A stretch of DNA of 64,000 nucleotides from a bacterium (GTDB lineage: Bacteria > UBA10199 > 2-02-FULL-50-16 > JAJFLM01), in assembly GCA_965216315.1 (NCBI GenBank), contig CBDCFN010000016.1, forward strand, positions 1,952,001-2,016,000. The letters are read 5' to 3'. Below the pieces are notes generated by a model, which saw only the letters and a list, made by a program, of their open reading frames with translations, ran no database searches and was not told where the DNA came from. The position numbers and the translations under genes were made by a program. This document shows, in pieces, positions 61,102 to 64,000 of the stretch. How positions within the stretch are numbered: position 1 is the stretch's first letter; each line of letters opens with the position of its first letter.

Positions 61102-61851
61102 ATGGATTCAAGCGAGCGCATCGGAATTGTCATGCTTCACCCTAGCTGTAATATGGTGTGTAGCTTTTGTGTCACGGAAGACAGCTTTGCTGCGATGACC
61201 TTTGAACAGGCGGTTGAGTTGCTTCACACCTTAAAAGCAATCGACATCCATAACATCGTGTTTGGAGGGGGGGAACCCTTCACCTGGGAACACGACCTTG
61301 TCAGACTAACCGAGATCGCCAAACAAATGGACTTTTTGGTTCAAGTCGGAACCAATGGCATAGGCATGCCCGCCAATTTTGAGAGGCTCCCTTCTATCGA
61401 CCGCTACTGTCTTCCGCTCGAGTCGGCGGACCCAAAGCGACACAATTCAATCCGGCTCTATAAAGGAGAACACCACTCGATTATCATTGAGAGACTTGAG
61501 GCGCTCCAACAAACCCGGAAATCCGTGACCATCTCAACCGTCATTCATCAGGAAAATCTCGATGGCTTGCAGGAACTTGGCTATTTATTGAGAGACTACC
61601 ATGAGAAAAGTCATAATATACATGCTTGGCATCTCTACAAGTTTATTCCTGAAGGGCGCGGGGGGCGCCCTAATGCGGATCGCCTTTCAATTTCCGGACA
61701 GACTTTTGACCGCATTGTCGCTGAACTCAAGCAGATGAATTTGGGCTTCACTATTTATAAGCGCAGAGATATGTTCCAATCTCGATCGGTTGGCTTCTTT
61801 TGGTATCTGGATGATCAACTGAAGTCTACCTGGAGCCAATTAAAAGGATAA
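61102..61851 (+). CDS. radical SAM protein
   Basis: CNMVCSFC, GGEP, TNG. Confidence 0.9.
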   Translation: MDSSERIGIVMLHPSCNMVCSFCVTEDSFAAMTFEQAVELLHTLKAIDIHNIVFGGGEPFTWEHDLVRLTEIAKQMDFLVQVGTNGIGMPANFERLPSIDRYCLPLESADPKRHNSIRLYKGEHHSIIIERLEALQQTRKSVTISTVIHQENLDGLQELGYLLRDYHEKSHNIHAWHLYKFIPEGRGGRPNADRLSISGQTFDRIVAELKQMNLGFTIYKRRDMFQSRSVGFFWYLDDQLKSTWSQLKG

Positions 61852-61858
61852 TTGAACC

Positions 61859-63238
61859 ATGTCACGACCGCTTAGCGAGCTTTTGATAAAATATAATCAG
61901 CCGGGACCTCGCTATACCAGCTATCCAACAGTTCCCGCTTGGACCGAAACGGTCGGCTCTTCTGATTATGAAACCTCGCTAAAAAATCTCAGCACTGAAG
62001 ACCCGCTTTCACTCTATTTTCATATTCCCTTTTGTGAGAAGCTTTGCCACTTCTGCGGGTGTCTTAAAGTTATCACCCAGAACCGTTCTAAGTCTGCCGA
62101 ATATATTAAAGTACTGCTAAAAGAGTTGGATCAAGTCGCCGAACTAATCCCGGCGCAAACACGCACTGTTTCTCAGCTTCACTTCGGCGGCGGTACCCCT
62201 AATTTTTTGCAACCCGATGAATTGACTCAGGTCATGACTTCGATCCGGCAGCACTTTGAACTTCTGCCCGATGGCGAAATCGCCATAGAAATGCACCCGC
62301 GGACATCGACACGCGCTTTTTGCGATAATTTAAGAGCGCAAGGATTCAATCGGATTTCGCTCGGTGTGCAAGATTTCGATCCAAAAGTGCAACAACTCAT
62401 CAATCGTTTTCAAGATTATGAAATGACCGAAAAGATGGTTTCTTATCTGAGAGATATAGGCTTCAATGCCTTTAATTTTGATTTAATTTATGGCCTGCCG
62501 GGACAATGCATGAACACCTGGAAAAAGACGCTGCAACAGGTTCTTGAGTTAAAGCCTGATCGATTAGCCGTCTACAGTTATGCCCATGTCCCCTGGAAAG
62601 CCCCCGTGCAGCGATCCTTTAAAGACAGCGATCTGCCCTCACCGGAACTCAAACTGGAACTTTTTGAAGTCGCTTATAAAACCTTTACCCAACAGGGTTA
62701 TCGTCTTATCGGCATGGACCATTTCGCCCTCGAAACTGATGAATTAAGTTTGGCAGCTGAAAATGGCAGCCTGCACCGCAACTTTATGGGATATTCGACC
62801 CGTGCCAGTTCACAACAAGTTGGGCTTGGCATGAGTGCCATTTCTTACATTGGCGGCAATTATTTTCAGAATCATAAAACCCTAAAGGAATATTACGACT
62901 CACTGGAAAAGGGTTCATTGGCGACATTTAGAGGTTTTCTGCTCGACCGCGACGATCATATACGACGCGCGGTAATCACACAGATCATGTGCAATGGATC
63001 TGTTAACTATGCCGCGTTTAAAGAGCAGTGGGGTATCGACTTTCTTAGCTATTTCGACGATGAGCACAAGCGTCTCGAACCTTTCTTACAAGATGAACTC
63101 TTACTGAGCGATGCCGATGGCATCCGCGTCATCGATCACGGTTTTCTATTCTTACGTAATATCGCGATGACTTTTGATACCTACCTTGATGATATCCGCA
63201 CCAATGCACAGACACCTGTCTTTTCCAAAACGGTTTAA
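61859..63238 (+). CDS. hemN: oxygen-independent coproporphyrinogen III oxidase
   Basis: GPRYTSYP, HIPFCEKLCHFCGC, GGGTP, IGMDHF, RNFMGY. Confidence 0.95.
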   Translation: MSRPLSELLIKYNQPGPRYTSYPTVPAWTETVGSSDYETSLKNLSTEDPLSLYFHIPFCEKLCHFCGCLKVITQNRSKSAEYIKVLLKELDQVAELIPAQTRTVSQLHFGGGTPNFLQPDELTQVMTSIRQHFELLPDGEIAIEMHPRTSTRAFCDNLRAQGFNRISLGVQDFDPKVQQLINRFQDYEMTEKMVSYLRDIGFNAFNFDLIYGLPGQCMNTWKKTLQQVLELKPDRLAVYSYAHVPWKAPVQRSFKDSDLPSPELKLELFEVAYKTFTQQGYRLIGMDHFALETDELSLAAENGSLHRNFMGYSTRASSQQVGLGMSAISYIGGNYFQNHKTLKEYYDSLEKGSLATFRGFLLDRDDHIRRAVITQIMCNGSVNYAAFKEQWGIDFLSYFDDEHKRLEPFLQDELLLSDADGIRVIDHGFLFLRNIAMTFDTYLDDIRTNAQTPVFSKTV

Positions 63239-63418
63239 ACGGTTTAAGCGGAACTTTCTCAATCAAAATGAGGCTCAAGCGAGCGAACCTCTATTCTATC
63301 AATAATATTAAGGAGTTATTTGAGAGCGACGAGCCGATTTTTCTCAGGTCGATTCATGATATGAATCATTCTCGACGCTGGTACAATAGGGGCATAATTT
63401 TTAGAAATGGAGGGAAAT

Positions 63419-63844
63419 ATGGCGACACTGCAAGTACAAGACTTAATGACCGATCACGTATTTAGCGTTCGAGAGAATGAAGATCTTGCCCAACTCACGG
63501 CACTCATGGAAGACATTCACGTACGTCATGTACCGGTTATTGACGAAGAAGGAATCCTTCGCGGCCTCGTCTCTCATCGGGACCTCTTGAGTTCCGTCCT
63601 TTATGCACAACAAGATCTACCTCAAAATGAATTGCAAGAGCTGTTAAAGAGCATGACCGTTAAAGAAATAATGGTCGAAGGGGTTGAAACGGCTGAGGCA
63701 GATCAAGACATTACAGATGCAGGCAGCATTATGCTCGACAACAAGCTGGGCTGCTTACCGGTCGTAGAGGGCGATCGCCTGGTAGGGATTCTGACTGAAG
63801 CTGACTTTGTTAAGTTTGTCGTCAAGACAGCCGGAGGGGAGTAA
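63419..63844 (+). CDS. CBS-domain pair protein
   Basis: Two CBS repeats (RHVPVI...GLVSHRDL; GCLPVV...GILTEADF); ATG 63419 after GGAGGG. Confidence 0.92.
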   Translation: MATLQVQDLMTDHVFSVRENEDLAQLTALMEDIHVRHVPVIDEEGILRGLVSHRDLLSSVLYAQQDLPQNELQELLKSMTVKEIMVEGVETAEADQDITDAGSIMLDNKLGCLPVVEGDRLVGILTEADFVKFVVKTAGGE

Positions 63845-63859
63845 AATGAGCTTTGACTC

Positions 63860-64000
63860 GTGAAAGATCTGCCGCCAACAACAAAATATCGCAATCCTCT
63901 ATATATCATTTTGGCTATCGGCGCGGTCTTTATCGTGCTGCAATATTGGAATCCATTGCAGCCTGCACAAGAAATTCCCTACAGTCAGTTCTTAATTGAA
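63860..64000 (+). CDS. ftsH: probable FtsH protease N-terminus (partial at window edge)
   Basis: MKDLPPTTKYRNPLYIILAIGAVFIVLQYWNPLQPAQEIPYSQFLIE: TM helix followed by the IPYSQF motif. Confidence 0.7.
   Translation, partial: MKDLPPTTKYRNPLYIILAIGAVFIVLQYWNPLQPAQEIPYSQFLIE

Noticed and set aside
61102..61851. Radical SAM protein as a prokaryotic viperin
   Set aside because: Lacks recognisable viperin-specific motifs and sits in an operon with hemN outside the island

Overview
Bacterial chromosomal window, probably from a deltaproteobacteria-like lineage (inferred from gene content such as the Myxococcus-type Cys-rich repeat protein). It opens with the end of the dcw cluster (ddl 3' end, ftsQ, ftsA, ftsZ) and an MltD-like SLT-5xLysM lipoprotein. 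Next come two large divergent orphans (a HAD-IB membrane protein and a 2134-aa beta-rich protein with two START/SRPBCC-like repeats), assorted metabolic and membrane genes, and a glucosylglycerol-type cluster (HAD-GT20 fusion, SSS transporter, GH13_18 phosphorylase). The most notable region is the tmRNA gene (28965-29321) and the ~9.5 kb island behind it. A frameshifted large serine recombinase reads antisense into the tmRNA 3' end. Three related junctions share a GTGG/CCAC core (29316, 30992, 36812), and the middle one is a complete attP-like site in inverted orientation. The recombinase gene and an Avs2-like STAND ATPase cassette therefore each sit between their own inverted repeats (76 bp perfect; 156 bp ~95%), and recombination would swap the recombinase C-terminus. 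The locus is also flanked by a decayed 5' copy and a decayed 3' copy of tmRNA, each interrupted by hairpin-rich inserts, and by a relic of a second recombinase that now supplies the last codons of a 2102-aa Cys-rich surface protein. The rest of the window holds a patatin, several orphan lipoproteins, nitrobindin, SrkA, ABC-F, a YdeP-type oxidoreductase, a radical SAM protein, hemN, a CBS protein and the start of a probable ftsH. All family calls are motif-based by eye; no database searches were run.
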